From an uncultured delta proteobacterium (lineage in GTDB: Bacteria; Myxococcota_A; Polyangia; Polyangiales; Polyangiaceae): 64,000 nt of DNA. The position numbers and the translations under genes are program-made. The stretch is from NCBI GenBank assembly GCA_963782055.1, contig CAWAIF010000003.1, forward strand, positions 160,001 to 224,000. The letters run 5' to 3'. The notes beneath the pieces were generated by a model that saw nothing but the letters and a program-made list of their open reading frames with translations, made no database searches and was not told where the DNA came from. Below, piece by piece: positions 49,946 to 58,926 of this stretch; position 1 is the stretch's first letter, and each line of letters starts with the position of its first letter.

Positions 49946-51206
49946 GGTGCATGGCCTCCACCGGCTGCAGGCGCGCCGCGCGGATCGCGGGGTAGAGCGC
50001 GCTGAGGACGACGATCCCGAAGACGACGAGGGCGCTCACCACCACCTTCTGCGGAGCGAGGTCGGCGTAGTAGTGCGTGGGAAGGAGCACGCCGCTCGCC
50101 TCGAGCTGGCCGGCGTCCAGGGCGATGCCGTGGACGGTGAGGTAGTGGTTGCCGAGCAGGCCGAGGACCAGCCCGAGGACCACCGAGCCGACGCCGAGGA
50201 GCACCGACTCGGTCATGACGATGCTCACGATGCGCGCCGGCGTGGCGCCGACGGCGAGCAGGACGCCGAACTCGCGCGTGCGCTCCATCACCGAGAGCAA
50301 GATGGTGTTCAAGATGCCCGCGGCGACGACGACGTAGACGATCGCCATCATGAGGTACATGCCTGCCTCGTCCAGGACGATGGTGGCGTAGAGCTCCGGC
50401 GCCGCCTTCTGCCAGGGCAGCACCTCGACGCCGCCGCCCCGCAGGCGCGCGTCCAGCGCGGCGGCGGCCTCCTGCGCGCGGCGCGTGTCGTGCAGCAGGA
50501 CGGCGACCGTCGTCACGCGGTGGCCGACGCCCGCGAGGTGCTGCAGCACGCCGAGCGGCACCAGCACCACGTGCGCGTCCACGTCGCGCACGCCGGTGGC
50601 GTAGATGCCCTTGACCAGGAAGGCGCCGGTGCGCATCGCGGGCGCCTCGGCGGCGCCGTTCTTCGCCGGCTGGATGGTCACCGTGATGCGATCGTCGACG
50701 CGCGCGCCCAGCTCGTGCGCGAGCTCCTTGCCGATGACGACGGGTGGCGGACGCCCGGTGGGCGGCGAGGTGTCGGCGGCGTCGAGCGCGGCGCCGTCCA
50801 CGATGGACGCCGGCGAGCCCACCTTGGAGAGCTTGCCCTCCACCGCGGGGTCGACGCCCCACACGACGGTCCCGACGCCCGTCGAGCCGGCCTGCGTGAG
50901 GCCGGTGGTCTGCAGGCGCGGCGCCACGCCGTCGAGGGGGATGCCCATGCCGCGCGCCGCCGCGGCGACGGCCGCCGGGTCCGCGATGGTGCGATCCACG
51001 GAGGGGTCGTCGCGATACCCCTCGGCGTGGACGACCACGTCGCCGAGGCCCATGCGCACGCCGATCTGGGCCATCTGCTCGTGCGCGCCGTCGGCGAAGC
51101 CGGTCAGCACGATGAGCAGCGCGAAGCTGGCGACGATCGCCAGGGCCGTCAGCGCCGTCCGGCGGCGCTGGCGCAGCACGTTGCGGAAGGCGACGCGCAG
51201 CACCAT
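49938..51206 (-). CDS. ABC permease, FtsX/LolC-E-like
   Basis: AFRNVLRQRRRT, ERTREFGVLLAVG, YPAIRAARLQPVEAM. Confidence 0.93.
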   Translation of the reverse strand: MVLRVAFRNVLRQRRRTALTALAIVASFALLIVLTGFADGAHEQMAQIGVRMGLGDVVVHAEGYRDDPSVDRTIADPAAVAAAARGMGIPLDGVAPRLQTTGLTQAGSTGVGTVVWGVDPAVEGKLSKVGSPASIVDGAALDAADTSPPTGRPPPVVIGKELAHELGARVDDRITVTIQPAKNGAAEAPAMRTGAFLVKGIYATGVRDVDAHVVLVPLGVLQHLAGVGHRVTTVAVLLHDTRRAQEAAAALDARLRGGGVEVLPWQKAAPELYATIVLDEAGMYLMMAIVYVVVAAGILNTILLSVMERTREFGVLLAVGATPARIVSIVMTESVLLGVGSVVLGLVLGLLGNHYLTVHGIALDAGQLEASGVLLPTHYYADLAPQKVVVSALVVFGIVVLSALYPAIRAARLQPVEAMHHV

Positions 51207-52657
51207 CACGCGTCCCTCATGCCGACGGCCGGCCGGACGCGCGCGGCGACGGCCGCGGGGAGGAGCGAGGCGATGGCGGCGATGCCGACCATGAACGCCG
51301 CCGGGAGCACGACGCCGCGGGTGGTGATGGACGCGTGGAGCACGGGGTCGAGGCCCACGCCCACGAGGGAGAAGCGGCCGATGAAGCGGATGTCGAGACC
51401 GTGCCGGACGAGGTAGTAGTCCAGGGCCAGACCCAGCGCGACGCCCAGCCCCGCGGAGACCACGGAGAGGATGAGGGTCTCCAGCGCGACCATCGCCAGC
51501 AAGGATCTCGGGCGCATGCCCAGCGCGCGCAGCACACCGAACTCCCGCCGGCGGTCGAAGACGGCCATGAGCATGGTGTTGGCGACACCCAGCCCGGCGA
51601 GGACGAAGACCACGATGATGATCATCTCGGTGAAGACGTCGTTGGCGCTGACCATGGCGAGGAGGTCCGGCCGCAGCGTCTGCCACGCCTCCACCGAGAG
51701 CCCGGCGAGGGCCGGGCGGGACCCCAGGGCGGAGGCGACGGCGCGCGCCTGGCCGCGGTCGGCCACGCGCACGGCGATCTCGTGCACGCCGTCCCCCAGG
51801 CCGAGCAGGTGCTGCAGGTCGGCGAGGTGGACCACCACGCGCGTCTGGTCGACGGCGTCGTCGTTCGTTTGGAAGGTCCCGACGACGCGCAGCGTCTGGT
51901 CGATGGTGGCGCCCTGGGCGTCCTGGCCGAGGAGGGCGACGGTGTCGCCCACGCGCGCGTGCAGCCGACTCGCCAGCTTGACGCCGAGCAGCGCGGGCGG
52001 CGCCCGCGTCGGGCTGGGCGCGACCTGCGCCACCAGCGAGCGCGTGGTCGTGCGGACGTCCGCGCCCGCGGCAGGCGCCGCGGCCCCCGCGTCCTGCCCG
52101 CCGAGCGCGTCGATCTCGGCGAGCGCGGCGGCCGTCTCCGCGTCGGTGAGCGTCTGGTCCAGCTTCTCCTGCGCCGCTGTGAGCGGTCTGGCGTCGGGCC
52201 ACGGCGTGGGCGCCTCTCCGAGGAAGGCGCCGGTGACGACCTTCTGCGGGAGCGTCGTCACCCGCGCTTCCTCGTCGGGGTCGACGCCCATCAGCTGCAC
52301 GCCGATCGACCTCCCGCCGTGCGTCGCGAACGCCCAGCCGTAGGCGCGGGGCGCCGCGGCGACGACGCCGGGCTGGCCGGAGAGGTCCTTCACCAGCGTG
52401 GCGCCGTGCGCCATGGTGAGCGAGAGCTTGCGCCGCGCGAGGTAGTCCGGGCGGTGAACCTGGACCTCCCCCAGGTCGGCGCGGGTGACCGAGCCGATCA
52501 TGTCGTCGTTCATCCCGTCGGTGAGGCCGAAGATGGCGATGCAGAGCCCCACGCCGAGGACGACGGCCACGCCCGTGAGCGCCGTGCGCCGCGGGTTGCG
52601 ACCCATGTTGCGCCACCCCAGCCGCCAGAGGAGGTGCGCCGCGCGGAGCGGGCTCAT
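51206..52657 (-). CDS. ABC permease, FtsX/LolC-E-like
   Basis: WRNMGRNPRRT, DRRREFGVLRALGM, LPAAVAARVRP. Confidence 0.93.
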   Translation of the reverse strand: MSPLRAAHLLWRLGWRNMGRNPRRTALTGVAVVLGVGLCIAIFGLTDGMNDDMIGSVTRADLGEVQVHRPDYLARRKLSLTMAHGATLVKDLSGQPGVVAAAPRAYGWAFATHGGRSIGVQLMGVDPDEEARVTTLPQKVVTGAFLGEAPTPWPDARPLTAAQEKLDQTLTDAETAAALAEIDALGGQDAGAAAPAAGADVRTTTRSLVAQVAPSPTRAPPALLGVKLASRLHARVGDTVALLGQDAQGATIDQTLRVVGTFQTNDDAVDQTRVVVHLADLQHLLGLGDGVHEIAVRVADRGQARAVASALGSRPALAGLSVEAWQTLRPDLLAMVSANDVFTEMIIIVVFVLAGLGVANTMLMAVFDRRREFGVLRALGMRPRSLLAMVALETLILSVVSAGLGVALGLALDYYLVRHGLDIRFIGRFSLVGVGLDPVLHASITTRGVVLPAAFMVGIAAIASLLPAAVAARVRPAVGMRDA

Positions 52658-53487
52658 CGGCGCAGGGCCTGCTCGGTGAACTTGCTCGCGGGGATGGCTA
52701 CGTCGAAGCGCACCGTGTCGTAGGTGAGCCGCGTGAACTCGCCTGGCTTGTCGGCGACGGTCATGGTGAGCACCGAAGGCGCGAGGCGCCCGCCGAGGAT
52801 CTTCACGCCGGAGAAGGTGAGGGTCCGGTAGGGCCGCTTCTCGCCGGTGCGCCGGAAGTACTCCATCGTCACCGGGATGACCGCGTTGCCCTCGACGTAG
52901 AGCCGCGCGTGAATGCGCGCCCACGAGACCGGCGCGCGCGGCGTCGGGCTGAGATCGATGTCGTGGAAGACCACCGCGTGGCCGTCCGAGCCCGTCGCGG
53001 GGTGCGTGCCGACCTCGCGCGCGGTGTAGTCCTTCGCGAGATCGGTGTCCTTGACGAAGTCGTCGTTGTTGAAGTGGCTGCCCATCCAGCTGTCGCCCAG
53101 CATGGAGCTGGAGAGCACGGTCATGCGGTCGGTGCTCGGGTCGTAGACGGTGAGGCGGTTGCCCACCTTGAGCGTGCCGTGCCCGCGCCAGAGCGCCGGC
53201 CCGAGGATCTTCACCAGCACGTCGGTGTTACCGCCGGTGTCCTTCTCCCAGTAGACGAGCGCGTAGTGGCGGTCGTACGAGGCGGTGTGCACCTCCATGT
53301 GGAGCACCGAGGCCGTCGTCCTGCTGCCGCGCAGCACGTGGTCCGCGCGACGTACCAGCTCCACCACGCCGCTCTGCGCGGCCGCGGGGCGGGCGCCGGC
53401 GAGCAACGTCACGACGAGGGCGGCGAGGCACACCAGCAGCGCCCTCTGCCCCCCGCGGTGCCGGTGACTGGAAGTGCGATCATTCAT
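52654..53487 (-). CDS. outer membrane lipoprotein-sorting protein (LolA-like, DUF1329-type)
   Basis: Signal peptide; SSMLGDSWMGSHFNNDD; C-terminal IPASKFT..L. Confidence 0.88.
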   Translation of the reverse strand: MNDRTSSHRHRGGQRALLVCLAALVVTLLAGARPAAAQSGVVELVRRADHVLRGSRTTASVLHMEVHTASYDRHYALVYWEKDTGGNTDVLVKILGPALWRGHGTLKVGNRLTVYDPSTDRMTVLSSSMLGDSWMGSHFNNDDFVKDTDLAKDYTAREVGTHPATGSDGHAVVFHDIDLSPTPRAPVSWARIHARLYVEGNAVIPVTMEYFRRTGEKRPYRTLTFSGVKILGGRLAPSVLTMTVADKPGEFTRLTYDTVRFDVAIPASKFTEQALRR

Positions 53488-53521
53488 GGAAACGCTCTCC
53501 TCCCCGCGCCTGGCGCGGTGC

Positions 53522-54178
53522 TCACTTCTTCTCGACGGGTTCGACGGGCTCGACGGGCGCGAGGGTGCGCCGGAACAGATCCACGCAGGCGTCCACCACG
53601 GCGACGACGCTCTCGTCCCCCGCGCCCACGCGGTCCCAGTTGGCGATGGTCCAGCGGTCGACCGCCTCCCCCATGCCCCAGGTGACGGCGACGAGGAGGT
53701 CCATCGGCAGGTCGGTCCGCACCGCGCCCACCTTCTGCCCCTGCCGGAGCAGGTCGGTGAACCAGGCGCGGAAGGCGTCGTACATGGTGCCGACCTGCGG
53801 TGCGGACATGACCGACGGCGGCTGGGCGACGAACCGCTTGGCGAGCGCCGCCAGCGTCGGGTGCTTCTTGAGGAAGCCGAGCACGCGCGTGTACAGCGCC
53901 CGGAACTCGCGCCAGAAGTCCTCCTCCGTCTCGATGGGGCCCACGCCGCCGATGATGCGCGCCGCGCGGTCCACCATCCGCGCGAGGACGGTGAGGAAGA
54001 GGTCCTCCTTGTCGTCGAAGTAGTAATAGGCGGCGCCCTTGCTGACGCCGGCCTCCGCCAGGATCTTGTTGAGGGAGGCGTGCTCCGCCCCCTCCTCGGC
54101 GAACTCCTTGGTCGCCGCCTCGAGGATGGCCTCCTGCCGCTCGGGCTGCAGCTTGTCGAAACGCGGTCGCGGGGGCAT
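53522..54178 (-). CDS. TetR/AcrR family transcriptional regulator
   Basis: ILEAATKEFAEEG..SLNKILAEAGVSKGAAYYYFDDKEDL. Confidence 0.96.
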   Translation of the reverse strand: MPPRPRFDKLQPERQEAILEAATKEFAEEGAEHASLNKILAEAGVSKGAAYYYFDDKEDLFLTVLARMVDRAARIIGGVGPIETEEDFWREFRALYTRVLGFLKKHPTLAALAKRFVAQPPSVMSAPQVGTMYDAFRAWFTDLLRQGQKVGAVRTDLPMDLLVAVTWGMGEAVDRWTIANWDRVGAGDESVVAVVDACVDLFRRTLAPVEPVEPVEKK

Positions 54179-54216
54179 GGGCTCCTGCCCGGCCAGACGT
54201 CTCCTAGACCACCGTC

Positions 54217-54234
54217 TTAGACCGGATGGTCTAA
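54217..54234. promoter_or_regulatory. putative TetR operator
   Basis: Perfect inverted repeat TTAGACC-ggat-GGTCTAA about 40 bp upstream of tetR; extra TAGACC half-site at 54205. Confidence 0.7.
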
Positions 54235-54400
54235 TTTGTGGGTCGCCGCGCCTCGTCCGTCAAGAGGTGGCTGGCACTTTCCCCCCCCGGCCCCCGATCC
54301 CCCACGTTTCTCGGCCTGCGCGCGCCATTGCAAGGATCCATGCAATCCGACGCTCGGGCCGCGCGGCCGCAGGGGGGGGCGGCCTGCGCAGGCGGGGGAG

Positions 54401-54901
54401 TCAGTCGTCCGGCCCCGCATCGGCATCTCCCGCCCAGGTCAGGGTGCAGGTGGCCGCGTCGTAGGTCGCGCCGGCGAAGGTGCCGGGGAAGATGCGCTCG
54501 GTGATGAAGTCGGCGTCCTGCTGCGAGAGCGGAGCGCCGGCCGCGCAGTCGCCGACGAAGGTCTGCGGCCCGACGACGATGGAGAGCGCGCCGCCGCGGT
54601 CCACCACGAGCCGGGACGCCGAGCGCACCGGCAACAGCGTCGTCGGTGCGGTCCCGGACGCCGGATCCCACCCCGGCGCCAGCACGGCGTACGCGTAGTC
54701 GCTCGCCGGCACGGTGCGCAGCGCCTCGGAGGTCCCGCCCGCGCCGACGGGAGTGCGGAAGAGGGTGGTGTACCACCACGCCTCCAGCACCGCCGGTCCG
54801 CCCGCCGGATACGCGTTCTGGACGACGGCAGCGGTCGCACCGTCACTGCACGCGAGCGCCAGCGCGACCCACCCAACCCGGAGCAGTGACGTCCTCTTCA
54901 T
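54401..54901 (-). CDS. hypothetical lipoprotein co-transcribed with the TonB-dependent receptor
   Basis: LALAC lipobox; starts 7 bp after the receptor stop. Confidence 0.7.
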   Translation of the reverse strand: MKRTSLLRVGWVALALACSDGATAAVVQNAYPAGGPAVLEAWWYTTLFRTPVGAGGTSEALRTVPASDYAYAVLAPGWDPASGTAPTTLLPVRSASRLVVDRGGALSIVVGPQTFVGDCAAGAPLSQQDADFITERIFPGTFAGATYDAATCTLTWAGDADAGPDD

Positions 54902-54908
54902 CGCGCGC

Positions 54909-57461
54909 TCAATCCAGGTAGATGGTGGTGGTGATGCGGGCGGTGAAGGGATACGTGGGCGTGTAGTCGACGTCCTCGCAGCCGTAGAAGCGGCCATCCG
55001 CCGCGCCGCCGGGCGACGGGGCGAGCCGGCCGCCGCTCCCGCAGGAAAACCCCGCCGGCACCGGCGCGCCAATCGCGGGCTCGCCCCGCAGTCGGCTCAC
55101 CGTGGCGAACTGCGCGGAGCGGAACGCCTGGTCGAAGAGGTTCTCGATGTCCAGCGCCACGTCGAAGCGGCGGTGCCGGTAGCCGAGGTGCAGGTCGAAC
55201 TGGGTGAAGCCCGGCGCGACGAGCACGCCGTCGTCCGACGCCGGCCTGTCGCCGATGCCGAAGAAGCGGAAGCCCCCGCGCACCTCGCCCGGGCCGAGGC
55301 GATGCCGCGCCGACACGCCCCCCGCCCACGTCTCCTTCGGGGCCAGCGCCAGCCCGTTGCCGTTGCCGTGGTTCTCGGTGAACGCGGAGTCGGTGAAGGT
55401 GAGGTCGAGGTCCGCCGCCAGCCACCTCGTCACCTCCAAGCGCGTCTCCAGCTCGATGCCCTTGCGGTTGGTCGCGCCGCTCACCTCCGTCGTGCCGTCG
55501 TCACCGTTCCACACCGTCTCGCTCGCCAGGTCGAGCTGCCAGAGGGACGCGGCCAGGTCCCACCGATCCCAGAGCCGGGTGCGGGCGCCGACCTCCTCCC
55601 CGATGGCGCGCGTCAGCGGCGTCACGCTGGGCGTGGAGAAGACGCCGCGCACGTCGTTGGAGTGGTAGCCGCTGCCGTAGTTCAGGTAGAGGTCGAGCTG
55701 GGCGTTCTTCCGCGCGACCGGCGTCACCACCGCGCTCATCTTCGGGCTGATCTGGTAGGCGGCGCTCGCCCCGCTGCGCGGCGCCGCCGGGTCGGCGGAG
55801 TGGAGCGTGTCGTCCACGGCGAAGGTGAGGAGGTCCCCGCGGCCCCCCACGTCGAGGCGCAGCCAGGACAGCGGGGTGACCTCCTCGTTGAGGTACATGC
55901 CCAGCAGCGTCTCGTGCACCGCGTTGCCGCGCACCTGGTCGAGCTGCGTGCGCTCCACCGAGTTCCAGAGCTGCTCCTCGATGTCGTCGCTGCGCATGTC
56001 CGCGCCGACGGTCGTGTCGAAGCGCACCTTCCGGACATGGTGCACGACGCGGTACGACACCTTGCCGCCGTAGAAGGCCCGTCGATCCACCTGCTCGATC
56101 TCGTCTCCGTTGTCCGGATCGCGCGCGTACAGCGTAAAGTTGGAGAAGAGGTTGAAGCGGTACGTCCCGGCGTAGGCGAGCGCCTTGATCTGGCTGTGCT
56201 CGTTCGGCCGCAGGGCGTACTGCAAGACGACCTGGTGGCGCGCGGTGTTGCCGCCCTCGTCCGGGTCGATGGAGCCGAAGCGGTCGAGCAGGCCCTCCTC
56301 CACGGCGCGCGCGGGGATCTGTCCCGAGCCGTGCCAGTTGGCGCCGTAGCTCATCTCGGTCAACGACACGGAGGACGTCGGGCTCACGTGCCACGTGAGC
56401 TTGTTGAACAGCTTGTACCTGTCCCAGTTCTCCGGGTTCTCGAACGGGCCGTCCTGCCTCCCCGCCTCCGCGGCGAAGATGGCGTCGACCGAGTCGGCGA
56501 AGCGCGGGCTGGCGATGGCGAGCGCCCGGTAGCTCGGCCCGCCGTGGCCGGGCGAGCCGCCGAAGCCGAAGCCCACCGAGCTGTGCTCGAACCGGTCGCG
56601 CGTGATCAGGTCCGCCGCGCCCGCGGTGGCGAAGTCGCCCTGGCTGGCGAAGTAGGGTCCCTTGGTCACTTGCACGTGCTCCACCACCTCCGGGATGATG
56701 AAGTTGGTGTCGCTGAAGCCCTGGCCGTGGGCGTGGGAGGGCATGTTGATGGGCACGCCGTCCACCGAGAAGGCGATGTCGGTCCCGTGATCGGCGTCGA
56801 AGCCGCGCAGGAAGTACTGGTTCGCCTTCCCCCCGCCGGAGTGCTGCACCATCACCAGGCCGGGCATGACGCGCAGGATGTCCTGCACGCTCCCGATCGG
56901 CCGCAGGGCGAAGTCGCGATCGCGCACGTCGAAGGAGGACGCCGCGCTGATTGGCTTGCGGGCGAGCACCAGCGTGGACTGCCCCGCGCCCCGCTGCGTG
57001 ACCTCCTTCGGCCGCCGCGCGGGCTTCGGCTTCGCCTTCGGCGGCGGGCTCGCGGGCGCCGGCGGCAGGTGGAAGTCGTAGCCGAGCTCGATGGTCGATG
57101 CGATCGGCTTGCCGTCGCGCGTCGCCGGCGTGAAGACGAACTGCCGCGCGGCCGCGAGCGCCGCCTCGTCCAGGCCGTGCCCGGCGGGCGAGGTGACCTT
57201 CGCGCTCGTCACGTGGCCGGTCGCGTCCACCTCCAGCTCCAGGCCGACGGTGCCCTCCGCCCGCGCCTTCAGCGCCTCGGCGGGATAGGGCGCCTCCACG
57301 CGCGTGCGCAGGGCGGGGGGCGTCACCGTGCCCGCCGCCGCAGCAGCCGCCGTCGTTCCCGTCGCCGGTGCGACCGTCCCGCCGTCCTCCTGCGCGCGCG
57401 CCGCCGCGGCCCACGCGAGCACGATGGCGGCGGCGCACGCGAGCGGGTGACGGCGTCTCAC
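54909..57461 (-). CDS. TonB-dependent receptor with N-terminal TonB C-terminal domain, likely nickel uptake
   Basis: YPAEA..EGTV..LDEAALAA..F.PA; plug QHSGGGKANQYFLRGFDADHGTD; barrel; NikR operator upstream. Confidence 0.92.
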   Translation of the reverse strand: MRRRHPLACAAAIVLAWAAAARAQEDGGTVAPATGTTAAAAAAGTVTPPALRTRVEAPYPAEALKARAEGTVGLELEVDATGHVTSAKVTSPAGHGLDEAALAAARQFVFTPATRDGKPIASTIELGYDFHLPPAPASPPPKAKPKPARRPKEVTQRGAGQSTLVLARKPISAASSFDVRDRDFALRPIGSVQDILRVMPGLVMVQHSGGGKANQYFLRGFDADHGTDIAFSVDGVPINMPSHAHGQGFSDTNFIIPEVVEHVQVTKGPYFASQGDFATAGAADLITRDRFEHSSVGFGFGGSPGHGGPSYRALAIASPRFADSVDAIFAAEAGRQDGPFENPENWDRYKLFNKLTWHVSPTSSVSLTEMSYGANWHGSGQIPARAVEEGLLDRFGSIDPDEGGNTARHQVVLQYALRPNEHSQIKALAYAGTYRFNLFSNFTLYARDPDNGDEIEQVDRRAFYGGKVSYRVVHHVRKVRFDTTVGADMRSDDIEEQLWNSVERTQLDQVRGNAVHETLLGMYLNEEVTPLSWLRLDVGGRGDLLTFAVDDTLHSADPAAPRSGASAAYQISPKMSAVVTPVARKNAQLDLYLNYGSGYHSNDVRGVFSTPSVTPLTRAIGEEVGARTRLWDRWDLAASLWQLDLASETVWNGDDGTTEVSGATNRKGIELETRLEVTRWLAADLDLTFTDSAFTENHGNGNGLALAPKETWAGGVSARHRLGPGEVRGGFRFFGIGDRPASDDGVLVAPGFTQFDLHLGYRHRRFDVALDIENLFDQAFRSAQFATVSRLRGEPAIGAPVPAGFSCGSGGRLAPSPGGAADGRFYGCEDVDYTPTYPFTARITTTIYLD

Positions 57462-57472
57462 GGGTCCGACGT

Positions 57473-57502
57473 GGTAGCACGAATGTTCAGAAACGTGCTA
57501 CC
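57473..57502. promoter_or_regulatory. NikR operator 1
   Basis: GGTAGCACG-N12-CGTGCTACC (core GTAGCA-N16-TGCTAC) between the receptor and nikR. Confidence 0.8.
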
Positions 57503-57575
57503 GAAAGGGGCGCCCGCGCTCGCCCCCCGGACCTTCACGCTCGGCCCGACCACCGGCTTGGGGTATCGTCCCGCC

Positions 57576-58052
57576 ATGGCGACAGAGCTCGTTCGCTTCG
57601 GCGTGGCGATGGAGAGCGACCTGCTCGAGGACTTCGACGACCTGGCCGCCTCGCGCGGCTCGACCCGCTCGGAGGTGCTGCGCGCGCTGGTGCGCGCGGA
57701 GGTGGGCCGGGAGAAGGTCCAGAGGGGGGTCGACGCCGTCGCCGCCCTCACCATCGTCTACGACCACCACGTGCGCGACCTGACCGAGCGGCTGACGGAG
57801 CTGCAGCACGAGCTGGGCGACCGCGTCCGCTCCACGCTGCACGTGCATCTGAGCCACGACTTCTGCCTGGAGGTCATCGTCATGCACGGGCGATCCGACG
57901 AGCTGCAGCGCGTGGCCAGGCAGATCCTCGCCACCCGTGGGGTGAAGCAGGGCGGCATCGAGCTCATCACGACGGTCCCGCACGACCACGTGCACGGCCA
58001 CGCCCACGCGCACGCACCCACGAAGAAGAAGGCGCGGCGTCGTGCCCCCTGA
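57576..58052 (+). CDS. nikR: nickel-responsive regulator
   Basis: RHH VRFGVAM..RSE; YDHH, HVH..CLE nickel site; His-rich tail. Confidence 0.96.
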   Translation: MATELVRFGVAMESDLLEDFDDLAASRGSTRSEVLRALVRAEVGREKVQRGVDAVAALTIVYDHHVRDLTERLTELQHELGDRVRSTLHVHLSHDFCLEVIVMHGRSDELQRVARQILATRGVKQGGIELITTVPHDHVHGHAHAHAPTKKKARRRAP

Positions 58053-58115
58053 ACGGCCGTTCCCCGCGGGAGCCGCGCGACCCCGTCGCGCGTAGTGGTG
58101 CTGGAGCCGCTCGCG

Positions 58116-58143
58116 GTAGCACGCTTTCATCGAATCGTGCTAC
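58116..58143. promoter_or_regulatory. NikR operator 2
   Basis: GTAGCA-cgctttcatcgaatcg-TGCTAC about 50 bp upstream of tonB. Confidence 0.8.
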
Positions 58144-58192
58144 GCGGGAGCGACCGGTCCGGATTCATGCGGCGCGCACACGGAGATGCACG

Positions 58193-58909
58193 GTGAAGGT
58201 GTTCGGGGGCGCGCTGTCGCTGGCCACGGGGCTGCACGTGGCGGCCGCCGCGGTGGCGGGGGTGGCCTTCGCCCACGGCGGCGCGCCGCCCCTCGTGACG
58301 CCCGCGCCGGTGGCCGTCGAGGTGGAGATCGAGCCGGCGGCTCCCGCCGCGCCTCCGTCCGCCCCGCTCGCCCCGCCCCTCGCCGTCACCGAGGCGCCGG
58401 TTCGCGCCGTCGCCCGCCGATCCGCGACGGTCGGTCCTCCTCCGCCCGCGCCGGTCGAGACGGGCCAGGCATCCGACCGCGACGTCGCGCCGGCGGGCGT
58501 CGCCCCGGCCGCGGTGCCCGACGTCGCCGTGGCACCGCCGCGCTTCCACATGGTGCTCGGCGCCGGGTTCGGGAGCAGCGTCGCCGGTCCGGTGGCCGCG
58601 GCGCCCGTCGCCGCGCCCGCGATCGTGGACGCCTCGCGCGTCACCGAGCCGGCGCGGCTCATCGCGTCGGTCACGCCGGCGTACCCCGCGGCGGCGCGGG
58701 AGGAAGGCGTCGAGGGGGACGTCCCGCTGGAGATCGTGCTGGACGAGACCGGTCGCGTGGTCTCCGCCCGCGCCGTGCGTCATGCCGGCTACGGGCTGGA
58801 CGAGTCGGCTCTGGTCGCGATCCGCAGCTACCGCTTCCGCCCCGCGCGGCTGCGCGGCGCACCCGTGCGCGTCCGCATGCGGTGGGACGTCCAGTTCCGC
58901 CTGCGCTGA
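58193..58909 (+). CDS. tonB: energy transducer TonB
   Basis: TM with SLATGLH; Pro/Ala linker; PAYPAAAREEGVEG..LDESAL..YRFRPA. Confidence 0.9.
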   Translation: MKVFGGALSLATGLHVAAAAVAGVAFAHGGAPPLVTPAPVAVEVEIEPAAPAAPPSAPLAPPLAVTEAPVRAVARRSATVGPPPPAPVETGQASDRDVAPAGVAPAAVPDVAVAPPRFHMVLGAGFGSSVAGPVAAAPVAAPAIVDASRVTEPARLIASVTPAYPAAAREEGVEGDVPLEIVLDETGRVVSARAVRHAGYGLDESALVAIRSYRFRPARLRGAPVRVRMRWDVQFRLR

Positions 58910-58926
58910 AGCCGCGGCGGGGGCGC

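Noticed and set aside
44997..58909. Possible genomic island integrated at tRNA-Gln
   Set aside because: No integrase, no duplicated tRNA 3' end seen, and no evident compositional shift in the downstream genes
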